From contig NC_058373.1 of NCBI RefSeq assembly GCF_018350175.1, positions 85,126,001 to 85,190,000 of the forward strand: a stretch of 64,000 bases of DNA. The letters are read 5' to 3'. Positions 49,034-62,017 of this stretch are shown in pieces. Position numbers and translations under genes: made by a program. Origin of the DNA: Felis catus (lineage: Eukaryota). The notes beneath the pieces are model-generated. The model was not told where the DNA came from. It searched no databases and saw only the letters and a list, made by a program, of their open reading frames with translations. The first letter of the stretch is position 1. The number at the start of each line of letters is the position of its first letter.

Positions 49034-49563
49034 TTAAAGCTTTAGTTTTCAAAGTGTGGTCATGAAGTGACCACATAGGCTGATTTTCTTTATTATTAAT
49101 ATCTGTAATATTATTTTTATGCTAAAACCTTGATTGTGTTATGAATAAAACATTTATTTGTGATAGGTAAAATAAAGCTTGTTGGTGTCTTATCAGTGGC
49201 AGTGTCATCTTTTTCTTTTAAACTCTTTCTGGAGCCGTTGTTTGGAGTAACATTAATCAAGAGTGAGTCTGGGTGGTCCAAGCAACATTGTATCCCAATG
49301 AAGTGGTCTTTGGATGGAAGGGGTCTCTGGAAGTTTAGAAATCATTGTTTTGTACATATATCTTCCCTTTCTTAAGAAAATTATCTTTCTCTTCCCATTA
49401 GAATGTAAATTTTTTGAAGATTTTGTCTGCATTTGTCTTCAGGGCTGCATTTTCAGTGCCTAGAACAGCACCTGCTATCTAGCAGACATTTAATAAGCAT
49501 TTATCTAAAGGTTGAAGCTAGGAACTTTCCTTTATTCGTGTGGAAACTAAGGTTTTTGTTTTA

Positions 49564-49776
49564 ATTTTTTAAATGTTTATTTATTTATGAGAAAGAGAGA
49601 CAGAGAGCGAGCAGGGGAGGGGCAGAGACAGAGAGGGAGACACAGAATCCAAAGCAGGCTTCAGGCTCTGAGCTGTCAGCACAGAGCCCGACTCAGGGTT
49701 TGAACTCAAGGACTGTGAGATCATGACCTCAGCCAAAGTTGGATGCTTAACTGACTGAGCCACCTAGGTGCCCCCC
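49564..49776 (-). mobile_element. CanSINE
   Basis: Full body; TSD ttttgtttta. Confidence 0.93.
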
Positions 49777-50324
49777 AAATTTTGTTTTAGAGTGATACTT
49801 CTGTCAAATCACTGTCCGTGTCAGTCTCCTCTGGGAGTCATTGCTCTGGATAAATTGTTTCCTAGAAGGATGTTAAAATGTAATAATAGGTCATACTGAA
49901 ATTTTCAAGGATAAGTTTGTACAGTGATAAGCAGGCTTTAAAATTTTTTCATTGTCCACACCCATTAGGATAGATACTATATTTAAAAAAACCCACAGAA
50001 AATAACAAATGTTGTCAAGAATGTAGAGAAATTGAAACCCTCGTGCACTGTTGGTAGGAATGTAAAATGGTGTAGCCACTGTGGAAAATGGTACAGTGAT
50101 TTCTTAAAAAATCAGACATGGAATTACCATATGATTCATCAATTCCACTTCTGGGTATATCCCCAAAAGAGTTGAAAGTAGGTACTCAAACAGATATTTG
50201 TACACATATCCTCATAAGAATATTATTCACAACAGCCAAAAGATGGGACCAATCCAAGGATCCACTGATGGATAAATGGATAATCAAAAGGTGGTATATA
50301 CACACAATGTTATGTTAGTCTTTT

Positions 50325-50537
50325 CTTTTTTTAATTTTTTTTAACGTTTATTTATTTTTGAGACAGAGAGAGACAGAGCATGAACGGGGGAGGGTCAGAG
50401 AGAGGGAGACACAGAATCTGAAACAGGCTCCAGGCTCTGAGCTGTCAGCACAGAGCCTGACGCGGGGCTCGAACTCACGGACGGTGAGATCATGACCTGA
50501 GCCGAAGTCGGACGCTTAACCGACTGAGCCACCCAGG
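50325..50537 (-). mobile_element. Young felid CanSINE (last bases hidden by N)
   Basis: CpG-rich, near-consensus copy. Confidence 0.96.
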
Positions 50538-50730
50538 NNNNNNNNNNNNNNNNNNNNNNNNNNNNNNNNNNNNNNNNNNNNNNNNNNNNNNNNNNNNNNN
50601 NNNNNNNNNNNNNNNNNNNNNNNNNNNNNNNNNNNNNNNNNNNNNNNNNNNNNNNNNNNNNNNNNNNNNNNNNNNNNNNNNNNNNNNNNNNNNNNNNNNN
50701 NNNNNNNNNNNNNNNNNNNNNNNNNNNNNN
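50538..50730. other. N block, 193 bp, inside L1
   Basis: Counted directly. Confidence 0.99.
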
Positions 50731-50750
50731 TGGGAGAATAGATAATTACC

Positions 50751-50958
50751 TTTTTTAAGTTTATTTATGTATTTTGAGAGAGAGAGAGAAAGAGCGCAAG
50801 TGGAGGAGGGGCAGAGAGAAGAAGAACTAGAATCACAAGCAGGCTCCATACCATCTGCACAGAGCCCGATGTGGGGCTCGAACTCATGAACCTTAAGATC
50901 ATGAACTGAGCTGAGATCAAGAGTCAGATGCTTAATGGGCTGAGTCACCCAGGCGCCC
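50751..50958 (-). mobile_element. CanSINE
   Basis: Imperfect TSD gaataga(t/g)aatta. Confidence 0.92.
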
Positions 50959-51129
50959 TGGGAATAGAGAATTATTGCTTAATGGGTACAGAGTTTCAGT
51001 TTGGAAAGATGAAATGTCGGAGGTGGAAGGTGGTGATGGTAGCATAGCCGATGTGAATTGTACACTTAAAATTGTTAAAAGGATACATTTTATGCTGTGT
51101 ATATATTTTTTCATAATGTTTCTTTTCAT

Positions 51130-51975
51130 TGGTAAGATTGCCAATGACCTCCATGTGGTTAAATCCAACCAACAGCTCTCAGTTTTCACCCTATTGGGCC
51201 CTGCAGCATCATTTTACACAGATAATATTTCCATTTCTTGAAATACATTCATTGGGCTTCCAGTGAATCATGGTGTCTTGGTTTTATTGTTGTTGTTTGT
51301 TCCCTGTCTTACTTAATATTCCTTCCCAGTTTATTTGCTGTATTCTCATTTTACCGATACCAAATGTTTGAGTGGTCCTCTTCTCTGTGTCTAAACTTGC
51401 TCTTTAGGTGGTCTCATGACTTGAAACATCATCTATATGCAGATGACCTAAATTTATATTTTCAGCTCCTGCTCTTCCCCTGACATTCAGACTCATGTAG
51501 ATATTTTTAAAATGATATCTACATTTACATGTTAATAGGCATTTCAAATTTAACATATAATCAAAGCTTGATTCCCCCCCCCCCCCCACCCAATCCTGCT
51601 TTCTAGTCATTGTTCACCATTTCTGTAAGTGGCAAAACCCTTTATCTGGTTTCACATGACCAAAAAAATAACCAAACAAAAACTCTTGGGATTATTCTTG
51701 ACTCTCCTTGTCTTTTATACCCTGTATCTAGTCCATTGAAAAACCCTGTTCGTGATTCTACTTTCAAGATAAATCCCAAAGCTAACTGCTTGTGACCGTT
51801 TGTACTTCTGGTGCCCTGGTCCAAGCCGCCACTGTCTTCCTCCTGGACTATTGTAGGAGTCTCTCAACTGGTCTCCCTACTTCTCCTCTTGCCACTACTT
51901 CCTTCCCCAAGTCTATTCTCTACCTACGAGTTTTAGTTCTCCTTTAAAAATCTAAATCTGATCATAGCAAATTCT
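51130..51975 (+). mobile_element. L2 fragment
   Basis: ccaatgacctccatgtggttaaatccaa; catctatatgcagatgac; aggcatttcaaatttaacat; tcctggactattg..ctggtctccct. Confidence 0.8.
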
Positions 51976-54900
51976 CTGATTCTCCCAATCTTACGTAGAG
52001 AAAACTCTCAGAATAAATAATCTGTTTCTCTTACCAAAATGTAGACATTCTTTTGTCCAGCAGAGTTTTGGTCAGGTTTGTTGTGTGACCCTCTGGGCCC
52101 ATGTATGATGATTCTCTGTGATGGAATATAGTCTAGAATTTACAGAGAATGGGTACTTTGCCAATGAACAGCTTCGTACTCTCCTTTCCTCAGGTCATCC
52201 CCTTCCCTCTAATGGCCTAGTCATGTGGTGATGAAAAAGCTAGTAAAAATTCATGTCCCCTTCTCTTATCGCTCATGATTTTCAACCCAGTGGCAAGAAT
52301 TTGCATCATGTTCCATCATTTACTTGCTTTTTCTCTCTGGGTTACTAAGAGTGAGCCTGGGTGATCATGGTGTCTGTTTCTCTTACTTTCTGAGGGCCTT
52401 GCTCATCTCAGAGATGAAGTAGCAACATCTGAACTCTGGCCATTGAAAATGAATCTTAATTAGGTTATTTCCTGGGTTGTCATTTACAATGGCTCTTTTC
52501 ACCATACTTTCTGGTATTTGTTTCCAGTTTGTTTTAGTGTCCCATGTAACTGGACATTCATGTTATGAATAAAGAAAATAGTTGTTTTGGAGCATGCAAA
52601 GACGAGTCAGTTCACCACCACCAGCCATGTATGGCGCCTTAATAGTGTGGGCAGGGAATTGACACACTTTCAACTCCTTCTATCAAGAATATACCCAACA
52701 TAGTCTAATAAGTTTGTTACTTGGTTAGTGAACCACATATTAAATCTGCGAGAAGCAAAGACTATAATTTTTCTGATACTTAATACAGTAGCTTCAAAGC
52801 AAATCCAATGGTATTTTTCTGAATTCGTGCTCATATTTCAGCTATTTGACAGAAGTGTAATGTCTCCTGATTTGTCAGGTTGTATTCCAGAGAGAAGCTC
52901 TTTTTCTTTGCAGGCTATAAACTAGATTCCCTAAAGCACAAAAAGCGTTGACCTACTTTTTCTTTGAGTTCTTGTGACCTTGGAGATGAATTTTAGTGAT
53001 GTGGGAGCGAAGTGTGACAGCATTTGTAGAGGGAAAGGCATAGCTGGCAGCTCTCGAGTTGGCTTCTAAGAGTGTCCCAATGTTTCTGTCTGACTCACAA
53101 GCTGCCTTCCGCTGTTCTGAAGCTTCCAGCACCTTTAAATGGTGCTAATTATTTGGATATTGCTTGACTCCTTCCAATCCCTTTAGGTCTTGGAAAAAAG
53201 AAAAGATATGATTTTATTGGTGGTGAGGGTGGCTGAATACACACCACTGGAAAATGACGTTTTCTATTTTCTCAGCCTAGGCAAGCTATTAACGAGCAAG
53301 CTTTGCATATACTTTTCCCCAAACTTAACCTGGTGGGACCATGCCTGGCCCCAACTAAATAGTTTGTATTACGCCCTGATATTCTGGGAAAAGGGAAAAT
53401 ATTCCAGCAAGGAATCCAAATATGGTACATAGTTGTTTAGACTAGCCCTAGGGGTGTGCTAACTGTAACTCTAAATTTTGGCATATCCTGGAACTGTATG
53501 TCACTTTGTTGGTGATTTTGTGATGTTTGTGCATTTTTATACCCTTTCTGGCCTTGTTGCCTAGCCAATAAACACTGGACTAAGTCTAACTTTGTGTGCT
53601 TCCTTTATTGTATCAGTGACAATTGACTCAAAGTTTTACTTTGAATATTATGAGGAATTGCACTTACTATCCTTGCTCGAAAAGGCTGGCCACTTTACAG
53701 AACTGACGTAAGATGACTCTGAGCGCTGGTCTGTAAGCCTATGCAAAGAATAGGCTGCTTTCCCCTCTGTTGACTAATAGTTGTAAATTGAACTTGGAAG
53801 GATGGAGGCACTTTGCTTTTGTGGCCTGAAGGGATACAAGGGTTGCTGGGGCCTCTCCACTGATGCTGCTATCCCAAGCCCCAAGTTCATTTCCTATGCT
53901 ACTCAATTGACAATACAACCCAGATAAGTAGAATCATGGAGCTATTTTGAAAGAAAAAACTAGTAAGAAAACTGATGGGGTAACCTCTTTTTGCTCTGAG
54001 AGCCTTGCATAACTCCAAACCCTAGTGTTTAAAAAGACTTGGATTCAACCTCTGAATTCAAATAATAGGAAATGAAAATTGGGATAATGTCAAGAGGTCT
54101 GCTGTTGGATCACAAGGAAGAGGTTTGACTTCTCGGCACCAGAACATAAGCTTTCTGTTATTTTTCTGTAGTTTTGATCTACAAAGATTTTCCCTTTCAA
54201 ATATATCTCTATTAGAAAACAAAATATGTCTCTATTATCTTTGTCACCAATAGAATTCTGGTTTTAATGTTGTTTCCTTTCATTCATTCACAAATTTTAG
54301 TGAACAGCCTCAATGTACAGACCGCTGGGCTAGTTGCTGGTTTGATAGTTGCAAATGATCTCTGTTTACAATTTATTGGGAAAACATACAACAAACCATT
54401 ATACAAATAATTATTTGATTTGCTTATAAGAAGCCCTTCGTGTGTTGGCTTAGATTTCACTTTTAAAAAAAATGTTTTTCTCTCTTGTATTTTCAATTAT
54501 TTTAATAAGACACAAATTTTCTTTTGAATTATAAATAGAAATCCTGTTCTATTCAAGTAGGGTTTATACATCTAAATTTGGCTTGTGATAAAGTTCAGCT
54601 AGAGACTGACTGTACTTACATGCTGTTGGCAACAAATATCACAGATTCGATGATATAATAAAACTTGACAATTATTTAGTACTTTCTAGAAATTGCAAAT
54701 ATGCTTAATTATTAATAAGTATTTATTGAGGGATATTTTTGTGCATGTCACTGTGCTAGGGGATACACTGTAGGGGATGCATCAATATATCTGCAAAATG
54801 CTTCGTATATAATAAGTGATATAAAGTATGTAAAAAATAACCACAAGATAAGGTAGTCTGTGGTAATTGTCTTAAGGATGAAAAAAAAGAACAAAAAGAA

Positions 54901-56682
54901 GTTGGAAAGACATGTTTCCATTTGATTACATGAGGAAGCTTTATGAAACACATTATGTTTCAATTAGTTTTGAAGGACAGGTAGATTTAATTTAAAAAAT
55001 CTAGTTATGACAGCTCATTTTAAAAGACTCTGAGCATGTATAAAATCATGAAGAAGAAAACAAACAGAAATAGCACAGCTGAGCCCCTCTCAGGAGGACT
55101 GGGTAGGGGAGGGGACACCCATAGCTAAGGAGTAACAACACTTCTTTCCCCTTTCCTCCTCTGTCCTCAGTAATGATGCTCATGGGTCATGGGTCCTCCA
55201 CTCCAATAGAACTGGCAGTTCTGGAATGGTTCCCTGCCTCACTGAGTTGGGGAGTGGTGATCTGTTCTGTTGGAAGACACAACAGCGAGAAGAAGAATCA
55301 AAGGTTGGGTTTGGGGTGGAGGGTGATCTGCATTTCTACCATGCGGTACAACAAGGATCTGAGAGTGTCCCTTGGGTCAAATGGACATTACAGAGGGTGC
55401 CTGGACTTAAGTGGTCTTGCTGGTTCCTAACCACTCACGAGGACTGTTAGCAGAGCAAGGAAACTCTCCAGGCAAAAGGGCATGGGTGGGCTGCTGAGGC
55501 AGAGCCTGAGCACAGGATGGTGAAGGCAGACTTCAGACAGATCTCCCACCTCATGGCACTGTGCAGAGGTCTCCAAAGATCTATGAGCATGCCCCACAAG
55601 ACAGCTGGCATTTGAATCCAGCCACAGAGGTAGAATGGTGATCCTGTGAGGTTCAGCAACCTGTGAGGTTCCTGAGAACAGGAACACCCAACCCAAAGAG
55701 GAAAGAAGTTCACTTCCTCTTTTCTCCTTGCCCAGCACAGCGAGTAAGCATCTGGAAGAAGAACTGGCCGTGAGAGGGTGGAGCCCAGCTTCTCCCACAC
55801 CAGTTTTCTAGAGCCACATCTAGCCAACCCCAAGGAAGCAGGGACACAGAGGGGCAGAAGAAGGTGTCTGGTGGAAGGAAGGTCTTAACGGGAAAATGAG
55901 AATGGAGTTTTATGAGGAACAGCAGTCCTGAGATCCAGAATGAGAATATTGTAATACTCAACAGTGAGTGAATGGTTAAGGAATTGGGCATAACTATCTT
56001 TGCATGAGCACACCACCCTGGACGAAAGAGTGTGGGACAGAGCATTTCACAAAGGAATCCAGGGTGGGGGAAGCTGGCGGAGAGGTAAGGGGGGAGGGAA
56101 GGGAGGGAGGAAGGGGACACTGGGGAGTAGGGAGGAAATACCATCACCTATAGGTTGCTGTTTGTAGGGAGTGGTGTGGGGGTGGGGAGAGGGGAGGGTA
56201 TGAGCTTTAACCTTTCTGTTCTCTGTACTCTGATGCATGGTGGGATAACTCTATTACAAAAAAGTTTTAAACATTGGCCTTAAATTACTTGAAAAAACCT
56301 GGTTTTTAGAATACTTTATATTTAGGTATATTCAATCCATTTTTATTTTTTCTGTTTTATTTGTAATTCTTAAAGCATCATGATTTTATCTGCTTTATAT
56401 CTATCTTCTGCTTTATATCTATCTTCACTTTTATTTTCACCTTTCAGTCTTTTTTGTCTTATGTTTGGAAATCTGTTACTTTTTAATATACAAATCGAGT
56501 CTTATTCTTACCTTTTACAATTCTGATTTTCTTGTTTCCTATTCTTGATATTTCAAATATTTTCTAAGTTTAAACTACTCACAGCCTTTATTATTTTTAT
56601 TCTTTCTACCCTTAACTGTCACTTTTTTTTGTCTTTCTTTCTTAGTGGCTCACAATACTGAATCAATCTGTTTTGCCATTGC

Positions 56683-56868
56683 TTTTTTTAATGCTTATTT
56701 CTTTATTTTGAGAGACAGGGAGTGGGGGAGAGCCAGAGAGAGAATCCATGCAGGTTCCACACTGTCAGCACAGAGCCTGACACGGAGCTTGATCTCAGGA
56801 CTGTGAGATCATGGCCTGAGCCAAAATCAAGAGTTGGGCGCTTTACTGACCGAACCATCCTGATACTC
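56683..56868 (-). mobile_element. Older CanSINE
   Basis: TSD ctgttttg(c/t)catt. Confidence 0.88.
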
Positions 56869-57113
56869 CTGTTTTGTCATTCTTAATGTTCTCCTTTACA
56901 ACGTTGTTTTGCTATAGATTTTCATCGCGTAAGGAATAACTGTAAACAGAATTGGATGGATGCTCTTTCACCATTCTCCCCAGAATCAAAATTCCCTGTG
57001 TCTTCCTCCCTCCTTCAAGGCCAGGCCCCCCAATTCCCCACTCCCATTTTAGAGTTTTCCAAAAATTATTTAGGCCAGAAGTATTTCCTAAAAACTTGAT
57101 TTGTTGAACATTG

Positions 57114-57572
57114 TGTGTCACAGACTATGAGTCTGGAGTTCTCTCTTGTCCAGCAAGAGAGTGGACACAGACTTGAATATGAGGGAGGCTAACATCCGGG
57201 AGGAGACAAGGGCCCCAAACAGGGGTTTTGTCTGTATTTACTGAGCTCACAAGTTATTACCCACGTGATGAACGTGAAGAAAACAAAATCTTATACACGT
57301 GAACGTGGAGAAAACAATCAGACAGTAATCATTAACTTGTGGGTGTAAGAAACAAATGGTCTGGGGGGGCAAGTGGTGTTTGTGATCAAGGTACATTGGC
57401 GTCAGATGGAAAGTAATTTCCTGCAGGTGATATAACAAGTTACTCGTTATCTTGCTAGCTAACCTCAGCATTTTCACCCCGTGGTGGTGGCTTTCCATCC
57501 TAAGCTTTTTTTCTGACCCATTTATGTAAGTAGAACCTATTTCCCCACAATTGTGATTTCTTATATCATACA
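57114..57572 (-). mobile_element. Probable solo ERV LTR (family not recognised)
   Basis: About 460 bp with TG..CA termini, an internal duplicated U3-like block, and AGTAAA on the minus strand. No clear TSD. Confidence 0.45.
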
Positions 57573-57859
57573 ATAACTGATCTCTGCATGTTTTCTAAAT
57601 TATGCAGTCCTGCTGTATCTTATCACCTTGGGTCATGTGGGCCAGTATCTAATAGTTTGGTGTGTCCTGGACTTAAATATCTGGTCTAATTCTGGCTTTT
57701 GTTGAGACCCATTTCGAATATCATTGCTATCAAGACTATAGTTGGTTCTTAATTACTTACAATAATAGAAGTCTAGAAGTGAGTTTTGTAAAATTATTAT
57801 TATTGCATTTTGAAATACATGTTTGTGCTCATATGGTTACGTCTAAAATTCTCGAGTCA

Positions 57860-58049
57860 TTTTTTTAAAGTTTATTTATTTTCAGCGGGGTGGGACAGGG
57901 GCAGAGAGAGAAGGAGACAGAGAATCCTAAGCAGCCTCTGCACTGCGAGCATGGAGCCCCACCCGAGATAGGGCTCAATCAGGTCAGATCATGACCTGAG
58001 CTGAAACCAAGAGTCGGGTGCTTAACTGACTGAGCCACTCAGGTGCTCC
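57860..58049 (-). mobile_element. Older CanSINE
   Basis: atcatgacctgagctgaaaccaagagtcgg..ctgagccactcaggtgctcc. Confidence 0.88.
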
Positions 58050-58090
58050 TCACCAAGTCGTTCTAAAGAGATCTGCCTCAAGAGACTCTG

Positions 58091-58284
58091 GGGACACCTG
58101 GGTGGCTCAGTCCATTAAGCAACCAATACCAGTTTAGGTCATGAGCTTGTTGTTCATGGGTCTGGACCCCCAGCTGTTCTGACACGCTCAGAGCCTGGAG
58201 CCTGCTTCAGATTTTCTGTGTCCCTCTCTCTCTGGCCCTCCCCTGTACTCTGTCTCCCCCCAAAAATGACTAAACGTGATAAAA
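58091..58284 (+). mobile_element. Diverged CanSINE
   Basis: TSD aagagactctg. Confidence 0.88.
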
Positions 58285-59037
58285 AAAAGAGACTCTGAAA
58301 ATTCTCTTTTGCATTTTTCCACACTGTTTGTTCCTTTCTGACACTTTGCTGTCTCTATCCTGAAGAAGTGGTGTTGTGCTCTTCCAAATCTTCTACGAAA
58401 CAAAGATAATTTTTCTGTTTTTAAAATTTCCATTAAGGGTTATAGAACACCAACAAAACTAAACACTTCGACTAAACAAATAATTAAGTATAAAACAGGT
58501 AAAGAAAATGAGGTTTACTTGGAACCTGTCTTGACAGGGGCAAACCGGGTTCTTAAAAAGTTGCTAAAGACCTCTATCTAGCATAGTAGACCTTTTGAAA
58601 AAATGTAAATCAGTCTCCTACAAAAAACCAAATTTGCGTGCGTGTGTGTAAGGGTTGATTTACTTATAGGACTTAATACAGTAAGAGTGGTTCAGTCTTT
58701 TCAGTCATAGTCATATTAACCAAACTTCTGCAGTATTTTACATCTATACTGTATAGATGCAGTATTTTATTAATTTGCAGGAAGAAAAATGTAAGGGAAG
58801 GGGGCACTCTCCCTGCAGAACTACCTCAAAAGGTGTAGAGTCAGAAGATGACCTGATAAGCTTGGAATCAGGTCAAAGGAATGAATTATAAACTCTGTAT
58901 GTTTAGGGCATCGGGTGTTAGCCTATGAGTCTGATGAAGCTATGACCATAATAAGAAAATTCCTCACCTAGGACGAGTCAAATCCTTAAGACCATCATTT
59001 TCCTTGGACAAATGTGAGGATAAGTATTCATTTTTCT

Positions 59038-59171
59038 TTTTTCTTTTCTCTTCTTTTCTCTTCTTTTCTTTTTTTTCTTTAAAATAGGCTCCATGCCCAA
59101 TATGGGGCTTGAACTCATGACCCCGGGATCAAGAGTCACATGCTGTACCGACTGAGCCAGCCAGGTACCCC
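59038..59171 (-). mobile_element. Short CanSINE with (TTTTC)n tail
   Basis: TSD aagtattc(a/g)tttttct. Confidence 0.9.
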
Positions 59172-60561
59172 AAGTATTCGTTTTTCTGTTTCATCCTAAC
59201 TGATCTTCCTCTGACCAACAAGTTCTTTCTTTAAGGATATTACGTCATTGATTAGCTTAAAGTCAGGGTTTAATTCTTCCTATTTCTGGCCTACGAAGTG
59301 TTTTGTCTCAGTAACACTTATTAGCTATATCTGATTCTTATGTACTGATTTTTAGTTAATGTTAAAGGATCTTAATTATTTACTTAAGTATAGGCTACAA
59401 TGAAAAAATTATACCATGCTTTGCAATAATATACAAAATAACATACATTATTTTATTTGGCCTAAGATGCTAAATGGAAAACTATGAAAAAATTATGAAT
59501 ATATAATTATGAATATATATATACTATATATATGAATACAATAGGTACTGTTTTTACTCATTAAGATAAATGCTTTTAAATTTTCTTGGAGTGTTTTGCG
59601 GTCTGTTTTTGACAAGTTTAGTTGAGCAAAAGATCCCAGAAACCACTTGTTGAGAGCATTAACAGGTAATTGTACACTGGGCTACTGTTGAGATAAGATT
59701 TGATGTAGAAGTTGTAGCACTCTGCAGTATGGTAAAGCCTCCAGCACAGTTTATGACATCATTTAATGACCTCCACTGATTATTTCACCACTTAAAATGG
59801 CAAGGTAATTCACAAATAATTAATGAGTGGATGTTTTCTAATTATATAATAAAAAAGTATCATTTATATTTTAGAAGTTGATGGTAAAGAGGTGTAAGAT
59901 GATCAAAAATGTATTAAATTACGACTGTGATCACGACCCTACTAGCACAGACTCATTTCACATGACAAAGGATACTGGTGGCCTCCCTGTAGAGGGTTGT
60001 ACTCCTACCCCTGCTATGCAAACGTTATTTGCAACTGAATTGCAATCAGCTCTAATAGTATAGTATCTTAAAATTTAAAAACCCTTTTATCTACAATGAC
60101 TTTAACTAGTGGAAGAATTATCACAGAGCTTAGCTGAAGGCCTATATATCTGAGATGGTCAATGAAAATTTGTTGATGGATTAGACAGATCAGTGCGCTT
60201 CATCTGTTCCCTGTCAGATGGCTCAGGTAGTCTGAAATACAGTATTATAGGAACAACTGGTTTCATAGGAGGCAAAAAATGTTTATCTTAAGGTTCTGTG
60301 TCTCTGTGGAAAAACCATCATGCAGAAAGATGAACTTTTATATATTATCTTCTTTTGCTGAAGGAAATGTCTTGCCCAATGCCACTTTTCTACTGCATTT
60401 TATTGAAACATGATGAAAGGCATTTAGCATCCATTCACTGAAATGTGTGGTCATTCAGAGCACTTTTATTTATTTCTACCATGAAAAGCATTTTAAATAT
60501 AGTTTTAAAATGATCTTTATATTTATGAAAAATTTAAGAAGTGTGAAATCACTCACTCTAA

Positions 60562-60675
60562 AGCTTATTTATTTATTTTTAGTAATCTTTACACCCAATG
60601 TGGGGCTCAAACTCACCACCCTGAGACAAGAGTTGCATGCTCTTCTGACAGAGTCAACCAGGAGCCCCCCCCCCC
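60562..60675 (-). mobile_element. Short CT-less CanSINE
   Basis: agtaatctttacacccaatgtggggctcaaactc; imperfect TSD aaatcac..ctcta. Confidence 0.85.
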
Positions 60676-60823
60676 AAATCACAAGCTCTAATCAAACTAT
60701 TAATTACTGTCTTTGGCCATGTGCATCATTTCTCCTCCCCTTTTGGGCATTTTTACAATTAAAATGTAATATTTTCCTGCTTCATCATTAATAGTCCGCC
60801 TCCACATCAGAAGAGTAGATTGA

Positions 60824-61027
60824 GGGGCGCCTGGGTGGCTCAGTCAGCTGAGTGTCCAACTTCTGCTCAGGCCATGATCTCATAGTTCATGGGTTTGAGC
60901 CCTGCATCGAGCTCTGTGTTGACAGTGGAGCCTGCTTCAGATTCTGTGTCTCCCCCTCTCTCTGCCCCTCCCTGCTCACGTTCTCTCTCTCAAAAATAAA
61001 CATTAAAAAAAATAATAAAACAAGAAA
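60824..61027 (+). mobile_element. CanSINE
   Basis: TSD agaaga(g/a)tagattga. Confidence 0.93.
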
Positions 61028-61332
61028 GAAGAATAGATTGAGCCTTGTAAAAGGAAGGCCTCAGTGGGTGCTCATTGTTTGAAAGCCTTTTTGCTTGTTT
61101 TTGTGTTCCCATTGTTGACTGCTGCCTGCTTGTCACTGCTTGTCACTAGCCCCTCCAGACTGAAAAGCAATCGGATAAGAAAAAAAGCAAATCATTTGAA
61201 CACTCTTCCCAAGCAGCTCCCACTGGTCATTTCCTATCCCTTCCAGTAAATGATGGGCAGTTATACCATAAACATTTTCTGTATCAATGAATAACCAACC
61301 ATAAACTCACATAGCCTAATCTAGGACTCTTT

Positions 61333-61540
61333 AAAAAATTTTTTTTTTAAGTTTATTTATTTATTTTGAGAGAGAAAGCATGAGCAGGGGTGGGGCTGAG
61401 AGAAGAAGAGAGAGAATCCCAAGCAGGCTACACACTGTCAGCACAGAGCCTCATGTAGGGCTTGAACTCACCAACCAAGAGATCATGACCTGAGCTGAAA
61501 CCAAGCAGATGCTTAACTGACTGAGCCACCTAGGCACCCC
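61333..61540 (-). mobile_element. CanSINE
   Basis: TSD ctagg(a/t)ctcttt. Confidence 0.92.
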
Positions 61541-62017
61541 ACTAGGTCTCTTTTTAAAATAGGAGCCAGAAAGGAATTTCAAACTTGGTTTACATTAAAC
61601 AGAGCACATGTCCTAGAAGTCTTGCTGAAGTCTGGTGTTTCTTCCTGTTTTCAACACCTAGAAACTCCAGGGAGCTTCTCACTCTTGCACACGGAGAAGA
61701 ACTTGCTTTCTCTCATCTTGCCATTACTTCCTTGTTTTCAATAGTCTGTTGCCTCCTTGCAGCTGGAATTCTCCAACAGCGACCCCTACAGCAAATTCTC
61801 CTACAGCGACTCTCCTGCAGCAAAGGGTGTAGACTCCTAGGAGGGTGATTCTCTTCCTGCACCACTGCTCCCCCCACCCTCATTACCTCAACTCGGATTC
61901 TAGGGAGAATTTGTCCAAGGAGACATTTGTACAAGGCGCAAAGATAGGAGGATATGTATGAGTTATGAGGCAGAGAGAGGAAAGAAAGCTGGAACTCCTT
62001 CAAATACACAGCTTTTG

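Larger units (their letters stand above)
49950..51110 (+). mobile_element. L1MB/MA-like ORF2 end and 3'UTR, interrupted by two SINEs and an N block
   Basis: ORF 50118-50318 (MELPYDSSIPLLGISPKELK..) is an L1 ORF2 remnant; 3'UTR taatgggtacagagtttcagtttgg..tgaattgtacacttaaaattgttaaa. Confidence 0.88.
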
